Of a stretch of 64,000 nt of DNA, positions 1 to 12,141 are shown piece after piece. The notes beneath the pieces were generated by a model. It worked only from the letters and a program-made list of their open reading frames with translations. It ran no database searches and was not told where the DNA came from. Made by a program: the position numbers and the translations under genes. Within the stretch, counting starts at the first letter, position 1. Each line of letters opens with the position of its first letter. The DNA comes from Octopus vulgaris (taxonomy: Eukaryota): contig OX597814.1 in assembly GCA_951406725.2 (NCBI GenBank), positions 183,954,001 to 184,018,000 on the forward strand, written 5' to 3'.

Positions 1-15
1 CTGACGCTTTTAATC

Positions 16-76
16 ATACTTTGGGGATTTGAGGGTTTTCGCCTTAATACTTTGGGGATTTGAGGGTTTTCGCCTT
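16..76. repeat. Tandem duplication of a ~31-bp unit (atactttggggatttgagggttttcgcctt)
   Basis: Two adjacent near-identical copies read directly. Confidence 0.85.
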
Positions 77-210
77 CCAAACTTATGCAAATATGAAAAA
101 ATATATCATAAATATGTAAAAAATACATTTATAAAAATAAGAGAAATTTTTATTCAAAAATTAATTCTCCTGTTGAACAAAACCGGTGAATATTGCTAAT
201 GACGATGTTC

Positions 211-293
211 TTATTATTCTTTCATTCTGTTATTATTCTTTCATTCTGTTATTATTCTTTCATTCTGTTATTATTCTTTCATTCTGTTATTCT
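211..293. repeat. 19-bp minisatellite (ttattattctttcattctg) x~4
   Basis: Direct reading of tandem units. Confidence 0.85.
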
Positions 294-550
294 TTTACTT
301 TTTCAGTTAATTTACAGCAGCCATGCTGGAGCACCTTCTTAAAGGGTTTTAGTCGAAGAAGTCGAACCTAAGACTTATTCTTTGTAAGTCTACTACGTAT
401 TCTATCGGTCTCTTATGCTGAACCGCTAAGATACAGGGACATAATTTACGAGGACCCACAGCCGTACAGACACACAGACACAGCCAGCCAGACCGACAGA
501 CACACACACACACAGGCATACACACACACACACACACACACACACAAATA
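291..550 (-). mobile_element. SINE family A, degenerate 3' part
   Basis: gccatgctggagcacc...gacttattctttgtaag...ctatcggtctc...gaaccgctaag matches the fuller copies at 45437 and 55219. Confidence 0.7.
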
Positions 551-607
551 CACCTATAGTGTTACTAATATTCCTGGAAAAACTTACTCTTAAACAGTCA
601 ACACACA

Positions 608-639
<32 letters not shown>

Positions 640-1088
640 TTCTCTCTCATACACACACACAACACACACTCTTACTCTTTCTCTCTCTCTCTCTCTCTCT
701 CTCGCGTATTCAAAGTCTTCCTAAACAATTTGGGGAAATCTGTAGCTAGAAACATTTTACGTCCATTCTTCCTTAAGTAGCCATTGAACAGCCGACGAAA
801 AGCCTGTCAGACATTTAATGACTAAAAGCACCAATTTATTGTGATTGATAAAAAGATTGACCTATTTTGACATGTCATCAAATCAACCATCCCATATATG
901 CCTTTTATATATTTGCTTTTCTTTTTTACTTTTTCTTGCTTCTCTGTCCAAGCCTCCTAAATTTGCATATATGCTTTGTTTAAAAAGTCACTACGCAAAC
1001 ACGCAGGACTAACTATATATATATAGATTCGAACGAAAATAAATAGCCGCTTCCAAACATCCATTTTATAAATAAAAATTGAACTTTT

Positions 1089-1255
1089 GACATTCTTTAA
1101 CTAACTCATACATACATACATACATACATACATACATACATACATACATACATACATACATACATGTATGCATACATACATACATACATACATACATACA
1201 TACATACATACATACATACATACATACATACATACATACATACATACATACATAC
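1089..1255. repeat. (TACA)n microsatellite
   Basis: Direct reading. Confidence 0.95.
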
Positions 1256-1286
1256 AAAAGTATGAAGCATTGATTGCTTCGATCCT

Positions 1287-1470
1287 GTCATGCGCTGTTT
1301 ATCGTAATATAAGGTCACCATGTCACGCAAATCTGGTTGTGATGTTTGTGTACCCTTATCGGACGGGTAGTCATGATGGGTATACTGGATTTCGTACCCC
1401 ATTGTCACCTTGATGGCATGCATTGCCCTCTCACCCAATACTACTACTACTACTAATAATAATAATAATA
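1287..1470 (+). mobile_element. 3' end of an unclassified retroposon with (TAA/TAC)n tail; second copy at 1800-2140
   Basis: gtcatgcgctgtt...cacc...tacccttatc...tgtcaccttgatggcatgca...ctctc shared by both copies, each ending in a TAA-type run. Confidence 0.6.
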
Positions 1471-1475
1471 ACAAC

Positions 1476-1687
1476 CCTTTCTATTATAAGCACTTGGCCT
1501 GAAATTTATGGGAAGGGTCTGAGTCGATAACATCGACCCTAGTATTTGATTGGTACTCAATTTATTGAACCCAAAAGGATGAAAAGCATAGTCAACTTCG
1601 GCGGAATTTGAACTCATAACATACTGACGGACGAAATGCTACCAAACACTTTGCCCGACGTGCGAACGGTTCTGCCAGTTTGCCGTC
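1476..1687 (-). mobile_element. SINE family B (tRNA-like head, Meta/MESC-like central domain), degenerate
   Basis: aaaggatgaaaag..agtcaacttcggcggaatttgaactc..aac..ttctgccag motif shared with many copies. Confidence 0.7.
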
Positions 1688-1750
<63 letters not shown>

Positions 1751-1799
1751 TGATGATGATGATGATGATGATAATAATAATATTAGGGGTGCATAATAA

Positions 1800-2140
1800 T
1801 CATGTTTTGAGAGGAATTCTTTGGGGTTTGGATAAATCACCTCTGGAAACAGGTGTTTCATTAAACGTCCTTAAACAACCCTCATTAACAGACCTTTTGA
1901 GCAGGATGGGCTACTCGACAAGAAGAAAATTCTAACAGGTCCCCACCTGCAAGGTCATGCGCTGTTAATCTTGATAGGAGATCACCATGTCTCGCATATA
2001 TGGTTTGGAGCATGTACCTGGTATACCCTTATCAAACGAGTGATCATGATAGATATACTGGGCTTCGTATATTTCACCCCAGTGTCACCTTGATGGCATG
2101 CACTGCTCTCGCACTCAATAATAATAATTATAATAATAAT
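1800..2140 (+). mobile_element. 3' end of an unclassified retroposon between (TAA)n tracts
   Basis: Longer copy of the 1287-1470 sequence; TAA tail. Confidence 0.6.
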
Positions 2141-2149
2141 ATTAACGAT

Positions 2150-2484
2150 GATATTTCAAAGTTTGGTACAAGGCCAGCAATATTCGGAGGGGTAGATATT
2201 TGTTTTATCCCTACCGAGCGAACGAAAGGCGAAGTCGACCGCTGCGGAATTTGAACTCAGAACGGGAAGACAATAATGATCTTAGGTTTTTGTAAAATGC
2301 CAGCAATTTCAGGGTAGGGAACTAATCGATTGCATCTGCCCCAGTGCTCAACCTGTAGTTATTTTTGTCGACCACGAAAACTTGGAAGGCAATGTCGAAC
2401 TTGGCGGCATTTGAACTTAGAACGTAAAGACGGGCGAAATGCTACGAAGCATTTTGCTGGGCGAGCTAACTATTCTGCCAGCTC
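2150..2484 (-). mobile_element. Two degenerate SINE family B fragments
   Basis: gtcgac..gcggaatttgaactcagaac and ggcggcatttgaacttagaacgtaaagac...ttctgccagctc. Confidence 0.65.
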
Positions 2485-2536
2485 AATAATAATAATAATG
2501 ATAATAATAATAACAATAATGATGATGATGATGATG

Positions 2537-2622
<86 letters not shown>

Positions 2623-2623
<1 letters not shown>

Positions 2624-2880
2624 GCTTACCATCCCTGCAAGAAGTGCAAAAGATCGTCTTAACTGGTACATCACATGTATTGAGAAGTGCATTGTCGATG
2701 TGAGAATTGTTGCTGCTCATGTATTTTAATTTAACTTAAAAAAAAAAAAAAAAAAAATGAACGAACTATTGAGTTTGGGGTAATGGCCTACCGATGTATA
2801 CTATGAGTTTCTTTGCCCTAGGAGTCGGGAAGACACTTGGCAAGAAATGGAAGCAAATTTGAAAGAAGAAAATAAAAAAT
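2623..2880 (+). mobile_element. 3' end of an R4/Dong-like non-LTR retrotransposon inside a (TAA)n tract
   Basis: Translates GLPSLQEVQKIVLTGTSHVLRSALSM*, the C-terminal QK.VL.GT.HILR motif of RLE-type (R4/Dong) elements; 3' UTR then (TAA)n; (TAA)n also upstream. Confidence 0.75.
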
Positions 2881-2924
<44 letters not shown>

Positions 2925-2974
2925 CAATAAGAACAACAGCAACAATAATAATAATTATAATGATAATAATAATT

Positions 2975-3491
2975 ATCCTTTCTCATATAGGTACAAGGCC
3001 TGAAGTTTTTTTGGTGGGGGGGGGACTAGACGATTACATCAACCCCAGTCTTCACAGGTACTTAATTTATCGACCTCGAAAGGATGAAAGGCAAAGTTGA
3101 CCTTGGCGGAATTTGAAGTCAGAACGTAGGTAACTATTTCTTTACTACTCACAAGGGGCTAAACACAGAGGAGACAAACAAGGACAGACAGACAGATTAA
3201 GTCGATTATATACGATTAAGTGCGTAACTGGTACTTAATTTATCGACCCCGAAAGTGTAAAAGGCAAAGTCGACCTCGGCGGAATTTGAACTCAGAACGT
3301 AACGGCAGACAAAATACAGCTAAGCATTTTGCCCGCCGTGCTAACGATTCTGCCAGCTCGCCGCCTTATCAGAACGTAGGTGCCACGGTAGAATTTGAAA
3401 TCGACCTCGGTGGAATTTGAAATCGGAACGTAGAGGCGAAGGAAATGCTGCTAAGCTTTGCATCCAGTGTGCTAACGATTCTGCCAGCTCA
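2975..3491 (-). mobile_element. Cluster of SINE family B copies
   Basis: Repeated cgaaaggatgaaaggcaaagtcgacctcggcggaatttgaactcagaacgt and gctaacgattctgccagctcgccgcc head. Confidence 0.85.
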
Positions 3492-4130
3492 ACAACAACA
3501 ACAACTACAACAACGACGACGACGACGATGATGATTATGTTGATGATGATGATGATCATATCAGAATTTTTCAACGTTAAGTGCTTACAAAGAAACATAC
3601 ACATTTAACGTATACAAAAGACACACATACATACATACATACATACATAAAGGCTGATAGATACACATATAGATGATATAAAAGCAAAGTGGGGCATCTA
3701 TACAATAAATTTGGTTTCGTGCAAAACTTATGATGCCATTTCTGACAATTTTTCTATTACATCTCCCCAACCAAACTTAATTCCATTTCAGTCTAAAACA
3801 AAACTAATAACATACACATTCCGTGCTCTTACTACTTTGCATTGATGACTCAGTTAACGGCCAGATGGCCAATGCAACATAACAACTGAATGAGTCAAAA
3901 GCAAACACGATTCAAACAGGGCTCCACACACTCCCCGCACTTTTTCGTCAGTGTGTTTGTTGTTTGTCTGCTATCTCGACTCATCTTTCCTTTTGTTTAT
4001 AGTTTCCTGTACTTTCGAATTTGCGCGGTCAAACGCGTCTATCTCCGGATTAATCAGGTCATATGTACGTATTTACGTTCAGCTACAACAACAGAAAAAC
4101 TATAAAAACGACAGCAGCAACAACAACAAG

Positions 4131-4138
4131 AACTACTG

Positions 4139-4213
<75 letters not shown>
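4131..4213. repeat. (CTA)n microsatellite
   Basis: Direct reading. Confidence 0.95.
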
Positions 4214-4653
4214 TATTTCAGATTATAATATATACCAATGTGTCTTCTGCACATATTTAACTGAATGACAATATATATAGTGAGATTGCAGATGCAGATA
4301 TACTTTATATATATATATATATATATATATAAAGGTATGTAGAAAAATACAACATGGACAAGAACGTATAACTCTTAGAAGACGATATATATATATATAT
4401 ATATCTGTGTGTGTGTGTATATACACAATATGTAAAGAAAAGAACCAAAGATCCGGAAAAAGGTATAAAAACAACTTTTAGGAACAATAGTGATTTATTG
4501 TTGTAGAAATTTGTAGATTTTTACCCATATCAAAGTTCGATAAGCTGAAAAAAAAAAAAGGTATGTTATCGATCACGGTTAGTAACTAGGGTTGCTTTGT
4601 ATGCGAATGAAAATCCAAGTTTAAATCTAAGGAATGGAAACTGTTAAAATCCA

Positions 4654-4735
4654 GGCTGCATATGTTTCATAGCTACCAGAACGTCGAATTTACTAATTAC
4701 CCAACGGTGGGTACTCCACTAGCTACTCATCAGCC
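4654..4735 (-). ncRNA. Degenerate hammerhead-ribozyme-like motif in a (TA)n-flanked element
   Basis: Minus strand: gg-CUGAUGA-guagcua...uagcuau-GAAA-cauaug-ca-gcc. Stem II and palindromic stem III present, but U16.1 is C and stem I is weak. Confidence 0.35.
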
Positions 4736-4826
4736 GACGACACCTTTGTTAAATGAAGGCCATATTGTCGGCAGGAGATCCCGAGTTAACTCACAGAAGA
4801 TTTGATAGAAAATAGATTTGGAGATA

Positions 4827-4871
<45 letters not shown>

Positions 4872-4910
4872 ATATACTCCATTTCCTAACTTTGGATATA
4901 TATAAACAAA

Positions 4911-5001
<91 letters not shown>

Positions 5002-5171
5002 CATCTTTATATGTAGGTATATATATATATATGTAAATGTAAAAAAAATACAAACTGGGACAAGAACGTGAAACATTTAGAAGACGATACAAAAAACACG
5101 GACGGGACATTCGAAGCCTTCAATCTTCAGTCAAGAACCGGATCATCTTCGCAATTTCGGCTGATTAATCT

Positions 5172-5229
<58 letters not shown>

Positions 5230-5530
5230 GAGTGTATTTTCCTTTGTTAACAATTAACACGAAAAAAGAGTTACTAGAGTAGCAAAAAATCACACAAGTA
5301 AAGAGGTTGTAACTCCTTGTTTTTAAAGGTAGAAACTTCGGGTTTACATGGAATTTTTTGTATAATATATAAATAAATAAATGGAGCTTAACGTAGGTAT
5401 AATTCAAATACTTTTACTTCTGACACATATTTCGAAGATTTCACTGATATTATTCCAAAGGAATAAATGTTTTGTCTCGGGTTCAACCCGAGGACCTTTT
5501 AAGCAGTTCGATATATTTCGTAAGAAAGAA

Positions 5531-5639
<109 letters not shown>

Positions 5640-5782
5640 TTATATATATATGTGTATATATAAACACTATATATGTGCGTGTGAGTGTGTGTACATGTCT
5701 ATACACACATACACACATGCGTACACACACATATAAAAATATACATACATATATGCAAGTATTTTGTATATATGTCTGGAGA

Positions 5783-6020
5783 GGGTATGGCTTAGAAGTT
5801 AGGGGTATTGAACTCATGATCGTGAGATTGTGGTTTCTATTCTTGGACCCGGCAATGTGTCGTGTTATTGAGTACCTTGCTCCAATCCTCTCAACTGACA
5901 CAAATGAGTAATCCTGCGATGTCCCGGCGTCTCGTCCAGGGAGGAGGAGTATATACGCCAACGAATCTGCGAAATCGACCTTCTGAGCCTATGGCTCGGG
6001 AAAGATCTTTGATCCCTTTT
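5783..6020 (+). mobile_element. SINE family C, degenerate
   Basis: Similar to 9117-9362: tggcttag..gttaggg..ctcatgatcgtgagattgtggtttc..ggacc..ttgag..gctcca..atgagta..ctgcgatg. Confidence 0.55.
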
Positions 6021-6162
6021 TGTATGTATGTATGTATGTATGTATGTATGTATGTATGTATGTATGCATTATGTATATAAATATGTATGAACGTATGACT
6101 GTGTGTGTATATATATATATATATATACATACATATATATGTGTGTGTGTGTGTGTGCGTTT

Positions 6163-6267
6163 GTTTGTGTGGCCGAGTGGTCTAAGGTACGTGTGATGCA
6201 CCTTAACCGGATCATTGAGTATTCTGGTCCACGAATGTGGGCATGGGTTCGAATCCCACTTCTGACA
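6163..6267 (+). pseudogene. tRNA-Leu(CAA)-derived pseudogene, intron-containing type, anticodon arm deleted
   Basis: A box tggccgagtggtctaagg; 3' exon ttctggtccacgaatgtgggcatgggttcgaatcccacttctgaca typical of tRNA-Leu(CAA) with long variable arm; intron-like segment ending ttgagta; anticodon stem 5' side missing; acceptor stem mismatched. Confidence 0.7.
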
Positions 6268-6289
6268 GATAAAGATTTCATTTTATTTT

Positions 6290-6350
6290 AAAGGCGGTGC
6301 TCCAGCATAGCCGCAGTCAAATGACTGAAACAAGTAAAAGAGTAAAAGAG
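6290..6350 (+). mobile_element. SINE family A 3' tail
   Basis: aaggcggtgctccagcatagccgcagtcaaatgactgaaacaagtaaaagagtaaaagag. Confidence 0.85.
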
Positions 6351-6377
6351 CATACACAGACACAGACACAACCACAC

Positions 6378-6431
<54 letters not shown>

Positions 6432-6530
6432 AGTGCATCTTTTTGAGTGTGTGCGTACGTACATAATTTCATAAACCTGTTATTTTATGCACTCATAAAT
6501 AATATACAACTAATTACAAACAGACTGCCT

Positions 6531-6570
<40 letters not shown>

Positions 6571-6939
6571 GAGGATCAAGCAAATACTCAATTAATCATC
6601 GATTTTGAGTAATGACATTTGAGAATAGATATGTTTATGTACGTATAAACGCCTCTCTCCTTACAGCAACAGTAGAAACTAAGGCAAATTCCGGAATAGT
6701 AAACATAAATATCTGAGAGTATGGCAGATGCAAATAGCTAGCATCAATCAAATGTGTTTCTTTGTTCGCATACTTGCGATGTTTGATACATGAAGATTCT
6801 ATGATATATATTTCTGTGTCTATATATATTTTGCTGAATACTTCCGAAGCTTTTGCGAACGGATGTGTCAGTAGTGAGGAATGGCTATATTACAATGAGA
6901 ATACGGATAACATGAATATATGCTTCTCTTATGAAGGCA

Positions 6940-7250
6940 TTTAATTTGCTCCTCAGCATAGTAAAAAAAAAAAATTGTGAATTTATGAACTGTGCTTGGA
7001 TTTCAAAAGCAGTCAGCACTGTAATAGATTCTACAAGGTGGGTGGGAAAACAGGAAGTAGAATAAGGATAATCTGTTCTCCGTCCCACAGAAGCCTTTCT
7101 CTGCTTATCTGTACCCGATGTCCATTCTCGTTTACTAGAAAAAGCCAGTATCAATTTCCTCGAGTTTTCCTTTCCCTCAAACAGACTCGATAATCTCACA
7201 AGCATCTGTGCACTGGATTTTATTTTATTTAACATCATCCATATGATTTT
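6940..7250 (-). pseudogene. Possible very degenerate hAT transposase C-terminal (dimerization) region
   Basis: Minus strand reads FPTHLVES...LRSKLN, resembling hAT FPTTYLCESGFS...DLRL.L; weak. Confidence 0.25.
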
Positions 7251-7510
7251 TTGATTTCCATGTTATATATATATATGGTGGATTTATTCATACGAGACTA
7301 ATCTGCTGATATTCTTCGGGAAATATATTCTGAGTATGTGTTTGCATTAGTTCTCAGATCAATTTGTTCGCTTCTTTACAGTGTTATTTAAATAAACACG
7401 AAAAATATTTCTCTCGATGTGTTTTCTGTTAAGATCTATTCTACCTTTAGAACTTGTTCAAACCTTTCCTGAAATTTAAATAAATTTTATCTCTTTTCAG
7501 TTGTATGGCG

Positions 7511-8502
7511 ATGGGATGCCAAATAGAAAAGAAACATTCGACACCTGCCTCTCTTTACTGTTGATCAAGATTCCAAAACTGCTAAAGCTGTGTTGCGTAC
7601 GGACAATGCACTATGACTGAACGAATTGCATACAAATGACTCTTCCACTTCAAGGATGGGCACATTGAGCTCACAGATTCTCTGCGTTCGAGTAGACCTG
7701 TTAGGTTCGAAGAGGATAAATTGAATGAGATCAACTTCGAGGATGCATGCCAATCCACTAGGGAATTGGCTCAACAGATGTGATACTGTCATGATATCGT
7801 CTCTTAACACTTTTAGTCGATGGATAAGGTCCAAAAACCCGGTGCGTGTATAACCATACGCTCTGAAAGAAAGGAACAAGCTCGAGCGCTTCTCTATCAC
7901 CGTTGGTTTGCACGTTCGGTACTCCACAACTCGTAGGCGCTGACATTTCTTTACCGAATCGTCATTGGCGATGAAGCATGTCTTTACGTTAATATGAAAC
8001 ACAAGAGTAAAACTCAAGACAAGCCAGAGTTGCAGCCACGAAACGCTATGGTCTGTGTGTTGTAGGATGGAGAAGTGCTAATAAACTACATGATCCTTGA
8101 AAACTAGAAATTTTCGTTTTGCAGATATACCAGCTCAATGAAGAGTTCCAGCAGAAACGACTCGACTGGTGACATAGCGTTCTTCTTCAACATGACAACG
8201 CTCGCCTAACATGCCATTCATTTAATTTGACTAAAAAATGCTATTTAAGAGTTCGGTTTTACTGCAGCGTTTTACTGCATCCAACATATTCTACTGACAC
8301 AGTGACTTCAGATTATTACCTTTTACGGTCGCTCTCCAACAGTCTGCAAGGTGTTTCGTTCAATAACGACGTAGAGATAAAAACGTAGGTCGATAAATTC
8401 TTTGAATCAAGACCCGATAATTTCTACCGACAAAGCATCGACAATCTTGGGGAACGATGGTGAGTAGCTGTGGACAATCAATAAGAATATATTATTCATT
8501 GA
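7511..8502 (+). pseudogene. Mariner (DD34D) transposase pseudogene
   Basis: Fragments HFKDGHIELTDSLRSSRP, STRELAQQM, FLYRIVIGDE, LLQHDNAR, LHPTYSTDTVTSDYYLLRSL and FFESRPDNFYRQSIDNLGERW match mariner motifs (RSGRP, IVTGDEKW, HDNARPH, YSPDLAPSDY); many stops and frameshifts. Confidence 0.9.
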
Positions 8503-8683
8503 TTTCTTGAAAATGATGAAAAATACGGATTAAATGGAAACAAACAGATTTATTAGACAATGCAAAATGTGTGTATGTATACATGCATGTATGTTTATCC
8601 TTGTATTATTTCTTTCAGTCAATATTTGGAGGTAATTTTTTTAGTTATTCGATAGCCCTCAGTGCATTGTAAATGCCTTTATA

Positions 8684-8740
8684 CGTAAGGCCTTTATACG
8701 TATAAACACGTTTACTTTTACTACGTATAAAGGCCTTATG
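8684..8740. repeat. Perfect 17-bp inverted repeat hairpin
   Basis: taaggcctttatacgta (8686-8702) and tacgtataaaggcctta (8722-8738). Confidence 0.85.
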
Positions 8741-9116
8741 CTTTATTAGATACTGAAATTGATTTCATATATCTCCAAAGCATAGTAGGTAAGACAACTT
8801 GGGACAGAAAACAGTCAGAAACTTCTCGTTATACTGCTAATTTCGTTATACAGCAAATTTCTGTTGACGACCGTCATATTTAAATGGTGAAACAATCTAA
8901 GAAATGCAAGAGGCAAATATTATTGCGAAGTAGAGAGATGAAACTAAATACTAAAGAGCATCTTCTCCGGCGTTTTACCACTGTACTTCTTATCTGTCTT
9001 TCTAATATCTTTACAAGAATAATCATATTAATAAACAGTAAAAAAACTATTCCTTATTTCTCAGTACATACATACAATATAACTCCCTTACTCTTAAAAT
9101 ACGCTTCTATTAAGAG

Positions 9117-9362
9117 TGGAGGCGCGTGGCTTAGTGGTTAGGGCGTCAGCATCATGATTATAAGATTGTGGTTTCGATTCCTGGACCGGGCGACGCGTTG
9201 TGTTCTTGAGCAAAACACTTCATTTCACGTTGCTCCAGTCCACTCAGCTGGCAAACATGAGTAGCGCTGCGATGGACTGGCGTCCCATCCAGCTGGGGAA
9301 CACATACGCCCTTGAAACCGGGAAACCGGGCCCATGAGCCTGGCTAGGATTTAAAAGGGCGC
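9117..9362 (+). mobile_element. SINE family C, full length (tRNA-like head; CORE-like and V-like segments)
   Basis: A box tggcttagtggtt, B box ggtttcgattcc, then tgtgttcttgagcaaaacactt and ctgcgatggactggcgtcccatccag; domain names recalled, not aligned. Confidence 0.8.
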
Positions 9363-10261
9363 AAAAAGTTATTATTTAAGAACCTTTTGAATTATTTATG
9401 GAGGACAGTATCGCGTTTCTATGTGTTCACGGACTGCTAGATTAGCAGCCCATATTCTCTGAAATCCCACAGCAAAGTCCTTAGATTATCGGTAAAGCAC
9501 CTTTAGATAATATATAGAACATCACAAAAATGAAGTGGAGAAAAAAAAAACGGGATGATCGCAGTTGGAATGCTTTTAAAATGCATCTGATCAAATGATA
9601 CCGCTATGGGGTTAAGCAACAACACACCAACAAACGTAACTTTATATTTATTTCCTACAACTGTAGTTATCATACTTACTGACTCTACCCCACGGTTAGA
9701 AATTATATCTTCGGCAATTGTTGTAAAGAATCAGCCCTAATATTAAATATATATATCTCTGGACGCATAAATAGATAAAATAACATAGTTATGTACAAGA
9801 GATTCTTTCAAATCTATTCACAACCCTCTAACGCTTTTCTACAACTATCACACTCTTTAATTATATACCTTAGTCTTCCTTCCAGCATAACTAACAATTA
9901 CCAACAAAGAACTTATTGATTTTCATCTCGCGTTTTGTATTTATTTTTAAAAATCTCATTTACAATTCTTACTTTATAGATACTTTAATTACTTCAGATC
10001 TATCATATAAAATCTTTTGCCTGGAATCCGTTTCCTTTTTCCTTTGAAGAAAATGTTTTGGAAGACCAATTTCAGCGACAATTTTTGGTTATTTTCTCAG
10101 CTATTTAATAAAGTGGTTTTACACTCGAAGAAAAGAATCTTGTTTATTTTAAACACCCTCACCTTCTAAGAATCTAAGCAGTGACTATCACAGCTTTCTC
10201 TTAAAATTTCGTCCTCTTCTCATATCGCCTTCCCATCTAAATATCACAGTTACTTTCAATG

Positions 10262-10513
10262 TCCATCATCAGCATCGTCATCATCGTTACTTCCTTCTTC
10301 TTCTTCTTCTTCTTCTTCTTCTTCTTCTTCTTCTTCTTCTTCTTCTTCTTCTTCTTCTTCTTCTTCTTCTTCCCCGCGCCCATCATCATCATCATCATCA
10401 TCATCATCATGACCACCACCATCGTCATCGTCGTCGTCGTCGTCATCATCATCATCATCATCATGACCACCACCATCGTCATCGTCGTCGTCGTCATCAT
10501 CATCATTATCATC

Positions 10514-10562
<49 letters not shown>

Positions 10563-10596
10563 GTTGTTGTTGTTGTTGTTGTTATTGTTGTTGCTG

Positions 10597-10630
<34 letters not shown>

Positions 10631-10677
10631 TATCATTATTATTATTATTATTCATATCATTATTATTATTATTATTA
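10262..10677. repeat. Compound trinucleotide microsatellite (CTT/CAT/CGT/TTA/TTG)
   Basis: Direct reading. Confidence 0.95.
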
Positions 10678-11200
10678 TATCCGTTCTTTTCAGCTATCTA
10701 ATACTTTTCTGATTATTCTAGCCATGCCAAAGAGGCAAACCTTTTGTAACAGTCCTACTGGGCAGTCTATTCCAAAATTCCTTTACATTCCTCTTGATGG
10801 CTTCTGATACTGTTCTAAAGGACCCAACAATAATTGGTACTGTCTTCACCTTCTTCATTTTCTATAGCCGGGCTATTTCGTAAAAAGTCCCAGAGGATTT
10901 TTGCCCTCTCATTTTCGTCCATTATCTTTTCCTGTGTATGTTTGTAACAAGCAACCTTTACCTCATATCCATACTTCCGGCATAGTAGCCAGTTAAGGCT
11001 TGGGCTACCTTGTCGTGTCTGCGCACGTATTCTTTTGGCACAAGACTTTCAGAAGCACTAACAATGTGAGTCAAGCTTTTGACCCTCTTCCCACACATTT
11101 TGCAGAGTTGTATTTATCTATCTTTTCGCCATCCATCTTGACTATTCGTGGGTCAAAGGGGGAATGCAACATCGACTATATAGTATATGTGGTGCACCTT

Positions 11201-11352
11201 GTCGACCACCACTAGATCTGTCGACCACCACTAGATCCGTCGACCACCACTAGATCTGTCGACCACCACTAGATCTGTCGACCACCACTAGATCCGTCGA
11301 CCACCACTAGATCTGTCGACCACCACTAGATCTGTCGACCACCACTAGATCT
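11201..11352. repeat. 19-bp minisatellite gtcgaccaccactagatc(t/c) x8
   Basis: Eight head-to-tail units; last base pattern t,c,t,t,c,t,t,t. Confidence 0.95.
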
Positions 11353-11691
11353 GTTATGCACTAGCACCTGATCTGTTTGGATTGAAAAAATCCCAGAGAT
11401 TTTGCTAATCTCCGACTCCGCCCCTCTCTGCAGCTTGTGTTCATATCACGTCCTCCCTCTCTCTGGCTCCCACTTTTCGCACAGTTTCCAATGTAGCACT
11501 TTCGCTAACTTGTCGTATCGCCACAAATTGTAATGGTTTGGGGCAAGTGTAGAGCATTCGTTCCTGATATGAGCAAGGATTTCAACCACCCTGTTGCAGA
11601 TGCGGCACAGCGGAGACACTTGCTCATTCCTAAGGTTGACCCACCAGTTCGTTGCCAAAGCTTGGTCCTGCGTTGCCAGAATATAGTGCTA

Positions 11692-11883
11692 TACTCTTTT
11701 ACTCTTTTTACATTTTTCAGTCATTTGACTATGGCCATACCGGAGCACCGCCTTTAGTCGAGAAAAAAATCTGTGAGCCTAGTACTTATTCTATCATTCT
11801 CTTTGGCCGAACTGCTAAGTTACGGGGACGTAAACACAGCAGCATCGGTTGTCAAGTGATTTTGGGGGACAAACAAAGACACA

Positions 11884-11973
<90 letters not shown>

Positions 11974-12141
11974 TACGACGGGCTTCTTTCAGTTTCCGTC
12001 TACCAAATCCATTCACATGGTTTTGGTCGGCCCGAGGTTATAGTAGAAGGCACTTGCCCAAGGTGCAACGCAGTGGAACTGAACCCGGAACCATGTGGTT
12101 CATAAGCAAGCTACTTACCACACAACAGCCACTCCTACGCC
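11692..12141 (-). mobile_element. SINE family A, full length, with internal (CA)n(TA)n
   Basis: Minus-strand head ggcgtaggagtggctgt..ggtaagtagc..ggttccgggttcagttcc; tail (gagtaaaa)n; splits the Dong-like coding sequence. Confidence 0.9.

Noticed and set aside
16-76. Telomere-like G-rich repeats
   Set aside because: A single ~31-bp duplication, not a TTAGGG array.
5032-5175. Hammerhead in a (TA)n-flanked fragment (minus-strand ctgaaga and ccgaaa)
   Set aside because: The core halves are in the wrong order or lack pairing stems; kept only as a repeat fragment related to 4331-4386.
6163-6267. Functional tRNA gene
   Set aside because: Anticodon arm missing and acceptor stem mismatched.
11201-11352. 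CRISPR array or cloning-vector polylinker (SalI/BglII sites)
   Set aside because: No spacers and no cas genes in a eukaryotic context; the unit is colinear with the flanking LINE coding sequence.
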